Under the pieces are notes generated by a model, which searched no databases, was not told where the DNA came from, and saw nothing but the letters and a program-made list of their open reading frames with translations. A program made the position numbers and the translations under genes. 64,000 nucleotides of DNA, from assembly GCA_937990655.1 (NCBI GenBank), contig CALKQX010000034.1:184-64183 (forward strand). Reading direction: 5' to 3'. Each line of letters opens with the position of its first letter. Positions within the stretch are counted from its first letter, which is position 1. Of the stretch, positions 37,768 to 47,255 are shown in pieces. The DNA is from an uncultured Stomatobaculum sp. Lineage in GTDB: Bacteria; Bacillota; Clostridia; Lachnospirales; Lachnospiraceae.

Positions 37768-38874
37768 ATGGAACAACTGAATGCTCGCTGCCGCGCACTG
37801 GCAGAAAAAATTTACGCACTGGATGAAACCATCTATCAGGAACTCGGTTCCTCGCTCGGCCGCACCCTGATCGGAAGCCGCGAAAAAGTGCTCTCGGTCT
37901 TGGAGCGCGAACTCTCGCTCCGCCCGCAGGGACAGCTGATTCTCTCCGACATGGCCTTGATCGGCAACATGGCGCGCACCCTGCCCGAAGGCCCCGCCAG
38001 AAAGCAGCTGCTCACCGAGTACAATGACATTATTGTGGAGCTCAAGGCACTGGAAGAGGAAATCGCAAAGGGCGATATCTCCGACCAGACCCGCGTCTTC
38101 TTAAACCCCTTCGTGACCGGCGCAAAGCCCTTCTCGAAGGATGACCACCTCGTGATTTGCATCGGACGCTCCTACGGCAGCGGCGGCACGGAAATCGGCT
38201 TCCAGCTCGCGGACGATCTGCACATCAACTACTACGACGCAACCATCTTTAAGGATGTGCTGGAGCGCCTGCAGGCAAAGCGCGAGGCAAGTCCGAACCA
38301 GGACATCATTGAGAGCCTTGACGAAATTCGTCGCGCGCACGGTATGAATCTCTTTACCTCGAACTTTAACCGCTTCCACGGTCTGCCCACCGCAGACGCA
38401 CTCTTCTTTAACCAGAGTCAGTACATTGAGGAACTCGCGCGGAAGGAAGACTTTGTCGTCATGGGGCGTTCCGCAGACGTAATTCTTAAAAATGCCGGCA
38501 TCCCCCACATTTCCATCTTCATCACCGCGCCCTTCGAGAGCCGTGTGAAGCGCTTAATGGAGATGTACTCGCTGAATTTTAAGGATGCGGCGCAGCTCGT
38601 GAAGCGCGAGGACAAGGCGCACAGACACTTCTACCACCGCTACACCGGCTATCAGTGGGGTGCCGCCGTCCACTACGATCTCTGCATCAACTCCGCGAGC
38701 TACGGCATCCACGAGTCCGAGGAGCTCATTATCCGCGTGATTAAGGCGCGACTCCGCGAGGATTTGCAGTCCATTGCCGATCGCCACTTGGAGAGCGTCG
38801 CGAAGGCGGATGCGGAGCTGCTGGCACGGAGAGCCAATTCATGCGAAGCGGAAAAACCCGCCATTGAGAGCTGA
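37768..38874 (+). CDS. Cytidylate-kinase-like family protein with an N-terminal coiled-coil extension
   Basis: P-loop-like GRSYGSGGTEIGFQLADDL followed by a PF13189-type body. AAGGAGG RBS. Confidence 0.65.
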   Translation: MEQLNARCRALAEKIYALDETIYQELGSSLGRTLIGSREKVLSVLERELSLRPQGQLILSDMALIGNMARTLPEGPARKQLLTEYNDIIVELKALEEEIAKGDISDQTRVFLNPFVTGAKPFSKDDHLVICIGRSYGSGGTEIGFQLADDLHINYYDATIFKDVLERLQAKREASPNQDIIESLDEIRRAHGMNLFTSNFNRFHGLPTADALFFNQSQYIEELARKEDFVVMGRSADVILKNAGIPHISIFITAPFESRVKRLMEMYSLNFKDAAQLVKREDKAHRHFYHRYTGYQWGAAVHYDLCINSASYGIHESEELIIRVIKARLREDLQSIADRHLESVAKADAELLARRANSCEAEKPAIES

Positions 38875-38876
38875 GA

Positions 38877-38913
38877 AAAGTCCCGGGAGCAAAAAAGCTC
38901 CCGGGACTTTTTT
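38877..38913. terminator. Bidirectional terminator between convergent genes
   Basis: AAAAGTCCCGGGAGC-aaaaaa-GCTCCCGGGACTTTTTT. Confidence 0.75.
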
Positions 38914-38924
38914 CGTGTCTCGAC

Positions 38925-41141
38925 CTAGCCCTCCGCTTCGGCCGTTTCTGCCTCCGCTTCAGCCGTTTCTACTTCACCTTCCTGCAAAGGCCCCGAAGCC
39001 TCACTGCCCCGCTTGGCCTCGATGCGCCGCATCTCTTCCTCCATTAACTTGCCGAGGGTCTTGGTATCGAGCTCAAACTCCTCTGCGGCCGATGACTTAT
39101 CCGCAAAAGCATCGAACACCGCCTGCTTTTCCGCGAGCAGCTCCATGATGCGCTCATCGATGCTGTCCTCGCAGAGAAGGCGGTACACGAGTACGTTCCG
39201 CGCCTGCCCCATGCGGTAGGCTCTCGCGATTGCCTGACTCTCGAGCGAGGGCTTAAGCTGCGGCTCGCAGAGTATCACCACGCTTGCCGTCTGAATATTG
39301 AGTCCCGTACCGCCCGCCACAATCTGTGCCGCGAGCACCTGCCCCGGCGCCGCAGCTTCAAAGGCATCCAGCACTTCCTGTCGCCTTGCGGGCGTCATAG
39401 CGCCGGTTATCGGCTCCATGCAGCGCTCCCCGAGTAACGCTCTCACCTTCTCTATGGTGTCGAGGTAAAACGAGAAAATGAGTACTTTACGTCCCTCTGC
39501 GGCCGCCTCCTCCGCGATTTCCAAGAGGCGCTGCGCTTTTGCGGACTGCGACATATCCCCGACCGTCCAGGAAACCCGTCGCGCCGCGTGATAGTTTTCA
39601 CCGAGCACATCCGCCTCATACTTCGTCCGTTCCGCAGCCCCGAGCTGACACCAACTCTCCTGCTCTTCGAGCTCCGGAAGCTCGGTCAGCACCTGCTCGC
39701 GCTTCCGCCTATAATAGACCGGTGCCACCAATTCGCGAAAACGGGGCGCGGAGGCCAGCATCTTCATGCCCCCGATTTCTGCCGCAAGTTCCGGGCGCAG
39801 TACAGCGATGAGCTCCACCATCTCATCCACCCGGTTTTCAAGCGCCGTGCCCGTCATAAAGAGCAGGCGCTCCGCGCGGAGCGCTAAGTTTCGCACATGC
39901 ACCGTGCGCCGCGCCCCCGGGTTCTTGATGTAATGCGCCTCATCCACCGTGAGCAGGGAGAAGCCAAAGTCTTCGGGGAGTTCCCAGTGCTGTACGGTCT
40001 CATAGCTTGTGACCGCAACGCCGCCCGATGTAATCCAGTCCGAAAGTGCCGCCTGCTTCAAAGGGCCGTGCACCTTGATGGCCTTTAAGTCACTGAACTT
40101 TGTGATTTCCCGGCACCAGTTGACCAGGACGCTCGCCGGGCAGACCACGGCAAAGTGTGTGGCCCCTGTATTGCGGAGTGTGACCATGGCAGCGATTGCC
40201 TGCACGGTTTTTCCGAGACCCATCTCGTCGCCGAGCAGCACCTTTCCCTGGTGTAAAATGTACTTAACCCCCCAGGCCTGGTAGCGGCGCAGTTCGCAGC
40301 GCATCCCATCCGCAAAGAGAGGCTCTGCCTCCACCTCGCGCGCCAACTCTTCCGGCAGACCGTAGACCGCATCGCCGTTTCCGAGCAGACCTGGCACCAG
40401 CCTTTCGAGGAGATTGCTGTATACAATTGGCTGCGTTCGGAAGGAGTCCCAAGCCGTCTCTGTGCCGGAAGCTTCCAGTTCCAGCCGCGCTTCGCGAAGC
40501 CTTTTGAGTTCTGTTCCGTACACACCGTTTGCGAGTTCCTCGAGATAGAGAAAAGCCTCGCTCGCGGCATCCTTCTCCGCCTTTCCCGTGAAGAGCCAGC
40601 GGAAAAATCCCTTGCCGCGGGACAGTTCTTCCATTGCCTTTTCGATTCCCGCAGCGTAGCGCGACGAAAGTGCCTGCGCGTCGCGGCTTAGCCCCTCCGC
40701 TAAGCGGTAGCGATACAGCGAAAGCACAATGTTACTTGTCTCTTCCGTTCGCTTATCCGCGCTCAGCCGAAGCTTAATGCCCGGCTTCAGCTGCTTGACC
40801 GTCTCCGCCACCGCATCCTTAATGAGCGCCGCGCCGTCCTCGCTGATGCCGTTTAAGGCAGCAAGCTGCCGCTCCGGAGCCAGCATCAAATCCGCGTAAT
40901 CCGCATACCCGCTCTCCCGGAGCAGACGCACACGAAGGCCGCGCCGCGCCCGGTTCAGCTCCTCGACCGGGATATCCCTGAGCGTCTTCATGGTCTCCGC
41001 AGCGACAAAGTGCTCACAAGCCGCCTCGACCACCTCGCGGCAATCCTCCGCCCTGCGCGAAAGCGTGCCGCGCTCTGTTTCCCAGCTCTCGTGTTTTTGC
41101 AGTAACTCCCTCGCTTCCGCAAACGAAAATGTGCGTTTCAT
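38925..41141 (-). CDS. SNF2-family helicase/ATPase
   Basis: LRRYQAWGVKYIL...LGDEMGLGKTVQAIA, DEAH box (LTVDEAHYIKN) and a C-terminal helicase domain (GGTGLNIQTASVVILCEP ... QAIARAYRMGQ). The ~270-aa N-terminal extension is not assigned. Confidence 0.85.
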   Translation of the reverse strand: MKRTFSFAEARELLQKHESWETERGTLSRRAEDCREVVEAACEHFVAAETMKTLRDIPVEELNRARRGLRVRLLRESGYADYADLMLAPERQLAALNGISEDGAALIKDAVAETVKQLKPGIKLRLSADKRTEETSNIVLSLYRYRLAEGLSRDAQALSSRYAAGIEKAMEELSRGKGFFRWLFTGKAEKDAASEAFLYLEELANGVYGTELKRLREARLELEASGTETAWDSFRTQPIVYSNLLERLVPGLLGNGDAVYGLPEELAREVEAEPLFADGMRCELRRYQAWGVKYILHQGKVLLGDEMGLGKTVQAIAAMVTLRNTGATHFAVVCPASVLVNWCREITKFSDLKAIKVHGPLKQAALSDWITSGGVAVTSYETVQHWELPEDFGFSLLTVDEAHYIKNPGARRTVHVRNLALRAERLLFMTGTALENRVDEMVELIAVLRPELAAEIGGMKMLASAPRFRELVAPVYYRRKREQVLTELPELEEQESWCQLGAAERTKYEADVLGENYHAARRVSWTVGDMSQSAKAQRLLEIAEEAAAEGRKVLIFSFYLDTIEKVRALLGERCMEPITGAMTPARRQEVLDAFEAAAPGQVLAAQIVAGGTGLNIQTASVVILCEPQLKPSLESQAIARAYRMGQARNVLVYRLLCEDSIDERIMELLAEKQAVFDAFADKSSAAEEFELDTKTLGKLMEEEMRRIEAKRGSEASGPLQEGEVETAEAEAETAEAEG

Positions 41142-41316
41142 TCCCCTGTGGACACTCCTCCGTTTTGATTTTGCCGATGTGCCTAGTATACCAGTCGGAG
41201 GCGCGAAGACGGAATGCCTCTTTCAGTTATATCTTTACGCCGAGCCGGCTTTTCTATTTTCTTCCGTTATAACTTAAAAAACCCCCTGTTTTTCAAAAAG
41301 ATAAAGCTGTAACTGA

Positions 41317-41538
41317 AATTCTCTTACCAAAGCAGATGAGAGATCCGCTGCTTCCGAAGAGACCGTTCCGCGTGAATTCGGGGTCTACGAGAAAATTCGA
41401 GACAATTTCCCAAAGTACGTACTCTCCCTCGACGAATTCGACTTTAGTCGCAACGGCATCAAACACTGCAAGATTCGCGATGTCTTCTGTCTTGTCATCC
41501 ATAACTGCACGTTCTATAATATCGTTAGTCTTACTTAA
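41317..41538 (+). pseudogene. C-terminal remnant of a DUF4143/AAA ATPase gene
   Basis: A stop-to-stop frame encodes ...EETVPREFGVYEKIRDNFPKYVLSLDEFDFSRNGIKHCKIRDVF, which is the characteristic C-terminus of COG1373-type ATPases (by recollection). No upstream body is present. Confidence 0.45.
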
Positions 41539-41570
41539 TTCATTCGAATTTGCTACGGAAGGACAAAACG

Positions 41571-42194
41571 ATGGGCTTATTCAAACGCTTTCTCGGGCAA
41601 ACCCGAAAGCCTGAGGGCTTCTTCGGGAAACTCATGCTAAATGCCATGAATCAAGGTCATGCAGCCCTCTCCGACTGGGGACTCTCACACATCGAAGGGC
41701 TGTCTCCGCTTGTCATTGCGGAACTGGGCTGCGGCGGCGGGCGCAACGTGCGGGAACTGCTGCGCCGCTATCCGATGGCCAAGCTCTACGCGGTCGATTA
41801 TTCCGCGCTCGCCGTGTGCCGCACCCGCGCCTATAATAAGCCCGACATTGTGCACGGGCGCTGCCGCGTCCTAAAGGCCTCGGTACAATCCCTGCCCCTC
41901 GCGGCTTCCCGCTTTGATTTGGCGACCGCCTTCGAGACCGTGTATTTCTGGCCCGATTTAGCGGAGTGCTTTGCCGAAGTGTACCGCATCTTAAAATGCG
42001 GCGGCAGCTTCCTTATCTGCAACGAGTCAGACGGGACGGATGCCGAAGGCCTTCGGTACGAGCGCATCATAGACGGCATGCACTGCTACACCGCAGAAGA
42101 ACTGGAAACCCTGCTCCGGACCGCGGGCTTCTCGGAGGTGCGGATATTCCGCCACGAGACCAAGCCCTGGCTCACGGTACTCGCAAGGAAATAA
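41571..42194 (+). CDS. Class I SAM-dependent methyltransferase
   Basis: Track ORF 41550..42194. Motif I (VIAELGCGGGRN) and a post-I acidic residue (AVDYS). Start at MGLFKRF. Confidence 0.8.
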   Translation: MGLFKRFLGQTRKPEGFFGKLMLNAMNQGHAALSDWGLSHIEGLSPLVIAELGCGGGRNVRELLRRYPMAKLYAVDYSALAVCRTRAYNKPDIVHGRCRVLKASVQSLPLAASRFDLATAFETVYFWPDLAECFAEVYRILKCGGSFLICNESDGTDAEGLRYERIIDGMHCYTAEELETLLRTAGFSEVRIFRHETKPWLTVLARK

Positions 42195-42235
42195 GAGAAC
42201 TGAAAGCGAATCCACAAGAAAGGAAGGAAATCAAG

Positions 42236-43015
42236 ATGAAAGCCGATTATAAAAACTGGATGCCGCGGGGTCTCATTTTCGGCAATGTGGCCGTAAGCAG
42301 CGCTTTTCTAGCCATGGGGGTTCTCTGCCGCAGAAAGACGCGAAAACCTGCTCTGCGCCTCATCTCTACGCTCGGCTTTGCCTTCGCGGGTGTGGGCTTT
42401 TTAAGTTCCGCCTACCTGCTGATGCTCTACCGCATCTTCTCCTACAAGGGAAAGCGTAAACTCGCGAAGCACATCATAGACGGGGTCGCAGCGCAGATCA
42501 AAATTCCCGCGGGCGGCAGAGGACTGGACGTAGGCTGCGGAAGCGGCGCGCTCACCATAGCAGCCGCCAAGCGAAATCCGGAGGCAAGCTTTGTCGGCGC
42601 GGACCGCTGGGGGCGGGAGTACGCTTCCTTTAGCCAAAAGCTCTGCGAAGATAACGCCCGCGCCGAGGGTGTCAAAAATGTGCACTTTCTCCGCGCCGAC
42701 GCACGGGAACTACCCTTCCCGGACGAGAGCTTTGACCTTGTGACCAGCAATTATGTCTACCACAACATTCCGGGCGACCGTCAGGCCCTGCTCCGTGAGA
42801 GTCTCCGCGTCCTGAAAAAAGGCGGCCGCTTCGTGATTCACGACATCTTTTATCCCTCTGCCTACGGCGACATGCAGGCCTTTTTAAAGAGTCTGCAGGA
42901 CGAGGGCTATGCGGAAGTGCGCCTGATTCCCACCGCAGACGGGCTCTTTGTCAAGAAATGCGAGGCCAGATGGATGATGATTGCCGACTCCGCTCTGCTC
43001 ATGGGAATCAAATAA
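42236..43015 (+). CDS. Class I SAM-dependent methyltransferase with two N-terminal TM helices
   Basis: Inside track ORF 41966..43015. AAGGAAGGA RBS before ATG 42236 and motif I (GLDVGCGSGALT). Confidence 0.8.
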   Translation: MKADYKNWMPRGLIFGNVAVSSAFLAMGVLCRRKTRKPALRLISTLGFAFAGVGFLSSAYLLMLYRIFSYKGKRKLAKHIIDGVAAQIKIPAGGRGLDVGCGSGALTIAAAKRNPEASFVGADRWGREYASFSQKLCEDNARAEGVKNVHFLRADARELPFPDESFDLVTSNYVYHNIPGDRQALLRESLRVLKKGGRFVIHDIFYPSAYGDMQAFLKSLQDEGYAEVRLIPTADGLFVKKCEARWMMIADSALLMGIK

Positions 43016-43073
43016 GCTTGACGCCATTCCCCACCTGTCCTATGCTAAGCCAAAACAGCAGGAGGTAAAATTT

Positions 43074-43463
43074 ATGCCCGGCATATCTTCCGGAATCCGC
43101 GGTGACGCAAATTTATTGAACCTGCGGGAAATTCCCGTCGCCAACATCCGCCCCGAACTTACTATATTCCTCATTCCGGGCGAGAACATTACGCAGGCCT
43201 TCCAGACCATACGCGATCAGGTGGTCTTCACGAACAAGCGGCTGATTGTCGCGAACGTGCAGGGCATCACGGGGAAAAAGGTCTCCTATACCTCCTATCC
43301 CTACTCGAAGATTCAGTATTTCAGCGTGGAGACCGCCGGTTTCCTCGACATTGACAGCGAACTGCTCCTCGCCTTTTCGAACGGCGCACACCTGCAGCTT
43401 GACTTCACTTCGAACGTGGATATTAAGCGGATATGCGCGAACATCTCGCAGATGGTACTCTAA
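43074..43463 (+). CDS. Bacterial PH-domain (YokE-like) protein
   Basis: Inside track ORF 42981..43463. GGAGG RBS. FTNKRLIVANVQGITGKKVSYTSYPYSKIQYFSVET is typical of bPH domains. Confidence 0.65.
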   Translation: MPGISSGIRGDANLLNLREIPVANIRPELTIFLIPGENITQAFQTIRDQVVFTNKRLIVANVQGITGKKVSYTSYPYSKIQYFSVETAGFLDIDSELLLAFSNGAHLQLDFTSNVDIKRICANISQMVL

Positions 43464-43582
43464 TCAGGCGTTCCTTCTACAGCGCGGAACACATCTCCAT
43501 GTTGGAACGCCGTATTGCCGATATGAAAGCCGACCGAAATGCACATGTGCATGAACTCATTACAGACGCAGAATAACGAAAA

Positions 43583-43624
43583 AGCGTGCTGTCTCTCAAT
43601 CGTTTGAGACAGCACGCTTTTTTA
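43583..43624. terminator. Bidirectional terminator
   Basis: AGCGTGCTGTCTC...GAGACAGCACGCT flanked by A and T runs. Confidence 0.75.
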
Positions 43625-44167
43625 CATATTCTTCAGTCGCCAGGCTTCCCGGCTGAGTAACGAGACATGCTCGATTCGCACTTCTTTTAAGAGGGGCACA
43701 TCCACCTCCCTAAGTGTCTTCTCATGGCGAAAACCGAGCTTTTCCTGCACGCGCTTTGACTTTTCATTGCCCTCGAAGTAAGCGCACCACACGCGCCGCA
43801 TGCCGAGTTCCGTAAACGCACGGCGAAGCAAGGCTTCCGAAGCCTCGGTCATAAGCCCCTGTCCCCAAAACGGCTTCCCGATCCAGTAGCCGAGCTCGCA
43901 CTCATCTTCCTCTTCCGCAAGCTTCGAATCTCCGTTCAACGACAACCCAATCGCGCCGATCACGCGCCCGTCTTCTTTTTTGCAGATGGCATAGCTCTCC
44001 GGACCGTTCAGCACCAGGCGGATGATGTTCCGGCTCTCTTCTACACTGCCGTGCGGCGGCCAGCCCGCAGCCGGGCCGACTTCCGGGTCCTTGGCAAACT
44101 TGTATAAATCCGCTGCGTCCGCCTCCGCAAAAGGGCGAAGCAGCAGGCGTTCGGTTTCGATTTGCAT
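43622..44167 (-). CDS. GNAT-family N-acetyltransferase (RimJ/RimL-like)
   Basis: IETERLLLRPFAEADAADLYKFAKDPEV ... GYWIGKPFWGQGLMTEA. Confidence 0.85.
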   Translation of the reverse strand: MQIETERLLLRPFAEADAADLYKFAKDPEVGPAAGWPPHGSVEESRNIIRLVLNGPESYAICKKEDGRVIGAIGLSLNGDSKLAEEEDECELGYWIGKPFWGQGLMTEASEALLRRAFTELGMRRVWCAYFEGNEKSKRVQEKLGFRHEKTLREVDVPLLKEVRIEHVSLLSREAWRLKNM

Positions 44168-44192
44168 CCGCTTGCTCTCCTTCCGACGAGGA

Positions 44193-44612
44193 TCAGTCCC
44201 ATAAACCTATGCTTTTCGGTTTCATTGTTCCGCTGCAACGAGGACAGGGAAGCCCCGCAAAACACTCCTCTTCATAAATGGGCCACATCCTATGCCCGCA
44301 GCGGCAGCGGTGATTGTAATCACGCACACAGATGTAGTTATCCGGATCATTCGGCTTCATTCCGGGACGGTAGGCAGCCAAAAGCGGGCGTCCTTCGTAG
44401 CGGTAACAGTGCTCACACTGCACGATCACCTGTTCTCCGTTCACCACGGCATCCGGATAGTGCAGCAGAAAGATTCGTAATTCGCTTCCGTACTCCCCTT
44501 CTCTTGCCGCCTCCGTCACTTCCTTGGGAAATTCGCCTCCCATCCCGTAGCCCAAGAAGGCCTTGAACGAATGCCAACATTTGTTACATTTCCAACGATA
44601 AATGGCGCCCAT
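44193..44612 (-). CDS. Cys-rich (multiple CxxC) hypothetical protein
   Basis: 139-aa ORF with CNKC, CEHC, CRC and CPRC motifs suggesting zinc ribbons. No family recognised. Confidence 0.45.
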   Translation of the reverse strand: MGAIYRWKCNKCWHSFKAFLGYGMGGEFPKEVTEAAREGEYGSELRIFLLHYPDAVVNGEQVIVQCEHCYRYEGRPLLAAYRPGMKPNDPDNYICVRDYNHRCRCGHRMWPIYEEECFAGLPCPRCSGTMKPKSIGLWD

Positions 44613-44700
44613 GGAGGCCTCCTTTGCGCTCTATGCGACTTCGTGTTTTGCCGGACAATCAATCTTCATAGTGCCCACGCTCTGTCCTCCCAAAGAAAAC

Positions 44701-44973
44701 TCACGTATCTTCATCCTCCAAGAGAGCGTGCTCCGTGAAATGTGCCCTGCCTTCTCTCACATCGTTTGCGATTCCGTTCAGATATCTCATATTGCTCTCG
44801 GAATAAAAACGATCCGCCGAGACATCGAACGGGATTCTCCGCTCCCTAGTCATGCGCTTCGCAAAAATCGTAAAAGCAGTCGTCATAGACATCCCCAGAT
44901 CATCGCAGAGTTCTTCCATATTGCGCTTGAGTTCAGCGTCCATTCTGAAATTCACATTGACCGCATTGGACAT
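44701..44973 (-). CDS. RelB/DinJ-family antitoxin, no adjacent recognisable toxin
   Basis: VNVNFRMDAELKRNMEELCDDLGMSMTTAFTIFAKRMTRERRIPFDVS. It is a paralogue of the 12584..12847 product. Confidence 0.8.
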   Translation of the reverse strand: MSNAVNVNFRMDAELKRNMEELCDDLGMSMTTAFTIFAKRMTRERRIPFDVSADRFYSESNMRYLNGIANDVREGRAHFTEHALLEDEDT

Positions 44974-45130
44974 ACTGTGTTCTCCCTTCTGTCAATCTTC
45001 TAGTCTTACTCTAGCACCAACGCGACAAAAAGCAAAGCATTTTCCTATGTTTGTAATGAGAAATCATCTTATTGTCATTATTTTTTTACTTCGCCAATGC
45101 ATGCGAAAACGCTCGTTTTTTTGTGAACTA

Positions 45131-45164
45131 AAAAGGAACCGGCGCGAATCGAACACGCCGGTTC
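45131..45164 (-). terminator. Hairpin terminator at the left edge of the mobile-element remnant
   Basis: GAACCGGCG-11 nt loop-CGCCGGTTC followed by CTTTTT on the minus strand. Confidence 0.5.
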
Positions 45165-45244
45165 TGCTTTCTCTTCCCAAACTACAAAAGTCGCGTATTT
45201 AGCACGAAAGCAATTTCTGCAATTCTTTATAGCTGTCCACATGC

Positions 45245-45406
45245 TCATAGTGCACGCTTCCGTTTGCTGCCTTTGACCGTAAGAGAATCATGCTGTTTCC
45301 AGCGAAACTCGCTGCCGCTCCGAACCAGTTCTTCGCCCTGGCTGCGAAGGAAATCTGACAGATTGACGGCGTTGGCCCGGTCGATCTGTTCCTGCGAATA
45401 ACTCAT
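45245..45406 (-). pseudogene. N-terminal fragment of a DUF3991/Toprim (primase-like) gene
   Basis: MSYSQEQIDRANAVNLSDFLRSQGEELVRSGSEFRWKQHDSLTVKG matches the start of the Toprim proteins that follow relaxases in Clostridial elements (by recollection). The frame stops after 53 aa. Confidence 0.5.
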
Positions 45407-45474
45407 ATAAGCTCCTTTCCTGACAGAAAAAAAGCACCTGCTGTTTCCGATCAATTCGTGAAATAACCGATGCC

Positions 45475-47067
45475 TCATTCGTGTTCGATATTCTGTTTTC
45501 TGGCTGGCGGATCCTGCGCCCGTCCTTCGTTCTTCTTATCATCGTGCAGCCGCTCGGCAGTCATTCGGTCATGAAGTGAAATCTTTCCCTCCGGCCGGAT
45601 CCTCGCGGCCTCATCCTCCGGAAGAGCGCGGCTCACATAATAGCGGATGCTGTTCATCTGATTTAATTCGGCCTGCAGCATTTCCATCTGTAGCGCGGCA
45701 GCCTGAAGCTCCTTTTCCAGTTTTGTCTTTTCTGCTCTCAGAGAAGGAATGTCAACCTGAGGCTTTCCGTCATTCAGCTTCATGATGGTGCGGTAGGCGA
45801 TATTGTAGGACTTCAGTTCATCGGCATATTCCACGGCATACTTCTCTTTGCTCCGTTTGAAATTCTTCTTGATATACGTGTCATGAATCGGCTTCAGCCG
45901 CTTCACGGTATCGCTGGCGGAGAGAAGAGCGTCGATGTCCCGGATACGCCTTTCTTTCGCCCGGCCTTCTGAATGGATGGTCTTGAAATCCGCTTCCAGC
46001 TGATCGACCTTGCCGCGAAGATCTTCCAACGTAACCAGCTTATGCTTTTTCAGAAAAATAACGCAGGCGGTCAGCCTCTCATAGTCGGAAACCGTGCCTT
46101 TCAGCCTCGCGCCGGATGACCAGGTTTCGCGTTCATCACTCCGGATCTGATAGTAATCAGACAAAAGCTCCGCGATGGTCGGCTCCTTCAATTTCGCAAG
46201 CGCCTCCATGAGGATCTGTCTCTTTTCATTCAGATCGAAGAGCCAGCTTCGGATAGATCGGATCGCCTCCCGGATCGACCGCAGCATCCGGTTTGTCTTT
46301 ACGATGTCACGGTTCAGATCACCAAGATTCGTGCGGATGCCCTTAGCCTCAAGATGTGCGTCGGCAGGCCCCATGTGAACGGTCGGCACTTGATCGATTC
46401 CCTGTTTCTCATAAGACTTAAGTGAAACTCGCTCCGGCCTGCCGTTCTTTTCCAAAAATCTGTTCTGAATGTCCTCCCAGCTCTGGCGCCATTTCGCACA
46501 GTTGCCGGGATCGTTCCAGTCATTGGTATTCGCCTTTCGGGTCTTAAAGTTACCGGAGGGAAGACGGATCCTCTCTCCACGCTCATCCAGGACATATTCC
46601 TTTCTGGCCTTGGGGCGCCATCTTCCGTTTTCATCCATCGACCGGAGCGTCAGCATAATGTGAACATGAGGATTGCCGTCATGTTTATCATGGATTGCGA
46701 AATCGCAGCACATGCCCTTGCTGACAAAATTCTGCTGACAATACTCACGCACCATTTGCAGATTTTCTTCCATCGGCAGTTCCCTCGGAAGCGCCATATT
46801 GATCTTCCTGGCAAGCTGAGAATTCCACTGTTTCTCAACCGCCTCGGCGGCGTTCCAGAGCGTCTGCCTGTCCCGGTATTCCGGCGGAGCGTTCTCCGGA
46901 AGCATGATCTCCTCATGGAACACTTCCCGCTGTTTCAGGCTGTAGTCCTTCACGGCCTGTTCGTAATCATAAAAAAGACGGCTGCCGCTGATATAGGCTG
47001 CACTTTCCAATGCAGAGTCGCCATTGCTTCTCTGTGCTATGGAGACATCAAAGTGCGGACAGGGCAT
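45475..47067 (-). CDS. MobQ-type (MobA/MobL family) relaxase
   Basis: N-terminal relaxase core (SALESAAYISG ... LARKINMALPREL ... HDGNPHVHIMLTLR, the HxH metal motif) followed by a long coiled-coil C-terminus. Confidence 0.9.
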   Translation of the reverse strand: MPCPHFDVSIAQRSNGDSALESAAYISGSRLFYDYEQAVKDYSLKQREVFHEEIMLPENAPPEYRDRQTLWNAAEAVEKQWNSQLARKINMALPRELPMEENLQMVREYCQQNFVSKGMCCDFAIHDKHDGNPHVHIMLTLRSMDENGRWRPKARKEYVLDERGERIRLPSGNFKTRKANTNDWNDPGNCAKWRQSWEDIQNRFLEKNGRPERVSLKSYEKQGIDQVPTVHMGPADAHLEAKGIRTNLGDLNRDIVKTNRMLRSIREAIRSIRSWLFDLNEKRQILMEALAKLKEPTIAELLSDYYQIRSDERETWSSGARLKGTVSDYERLTACVIFLKKHKLVTLEDLRGKVDQLEADFKTIHSEGRAKERRIRDIDALLSASDTVKRLKPIHDTYIKKNFKRSKEKYAVEYADELKSYNIAYRTIMKLNDGKPQVDIPSLRAEKTKLEKELQAAALQMEMLQAELNQMNSIRYYVSRALPEDEAARIRPEGKISLHDRMTAERLHDDKKNEGRAQDPPARKQNIEHE

Positions 47068-47232
47068 AAAGCGTTCACCTCCTCGTGAAATAAAAAAGAC
47101 CGTTCACCTTTTCGCAAACAGCCTGGGACAGAGTATTCAGTTTCGGCTGCGGATTCAAACTCGAAGTCCAAGCAGAAGCGCGGAGCAGTTCGCCTGGACG
47201 AGAGTCCGCAAAGGGATAGCCGCAAAGCGGCG

Positions 47233-47255
47233 CAAGGGGAATGCAATTCCCCTTG
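47233..47255. repeat. Perfect 10-bp inverted repeat (candidate oriT hairpin)
   Basis: CAAGGGGAAT-gca-ATTCCCCTTG in the 325-nt non-coding gap between the DUF3847 and relaxase genes. Confidence 0.4.

Noticed and set aside
41293-41502. 69-aa minus-strand ORF, and plus-strand ORF 41336..41614.
   Set aside because: A third frame on the plus strand encodes a recognisable DUF4143-ATPase C-terminus, so these two are frame or strand shadows of that remnant.
38925-43463. SNF2 helicase plus two methyltransferase genes, considered as a DISARM/BREX-like defence cluster.
   Set aside because: The genes are on opposite strands and separated by a pseudogene remnant. The methyltransferases look like small-molecule/class I SAM MTases (one membrane-anchored), not DNA MTases. 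Composition is core-like, and no other signature genes (PLD, DUF1998, PglZ etc.) are present.
45131-45164. Hairpin whose loop contains a T-loop-like GTTCGATTC. I considered it as a tRNA 3' fragment or att site at the island boundary.
   Set aside because: It is a simple 9-bp stem with an 11-nt loop followed by a T-run. There is no D-arm, anticodon arm or acceptor partner upstream, so it behaves as a terminator. No tRNA gene could be assembled around it.
45288-45542. 84-aa minus-strand ORF overlapping the relaxase 3' end and the Toprim fragment.
   Set aside because: It is out of frame with both recognisable reading frames and Arg-rich, so it is likely spurious.
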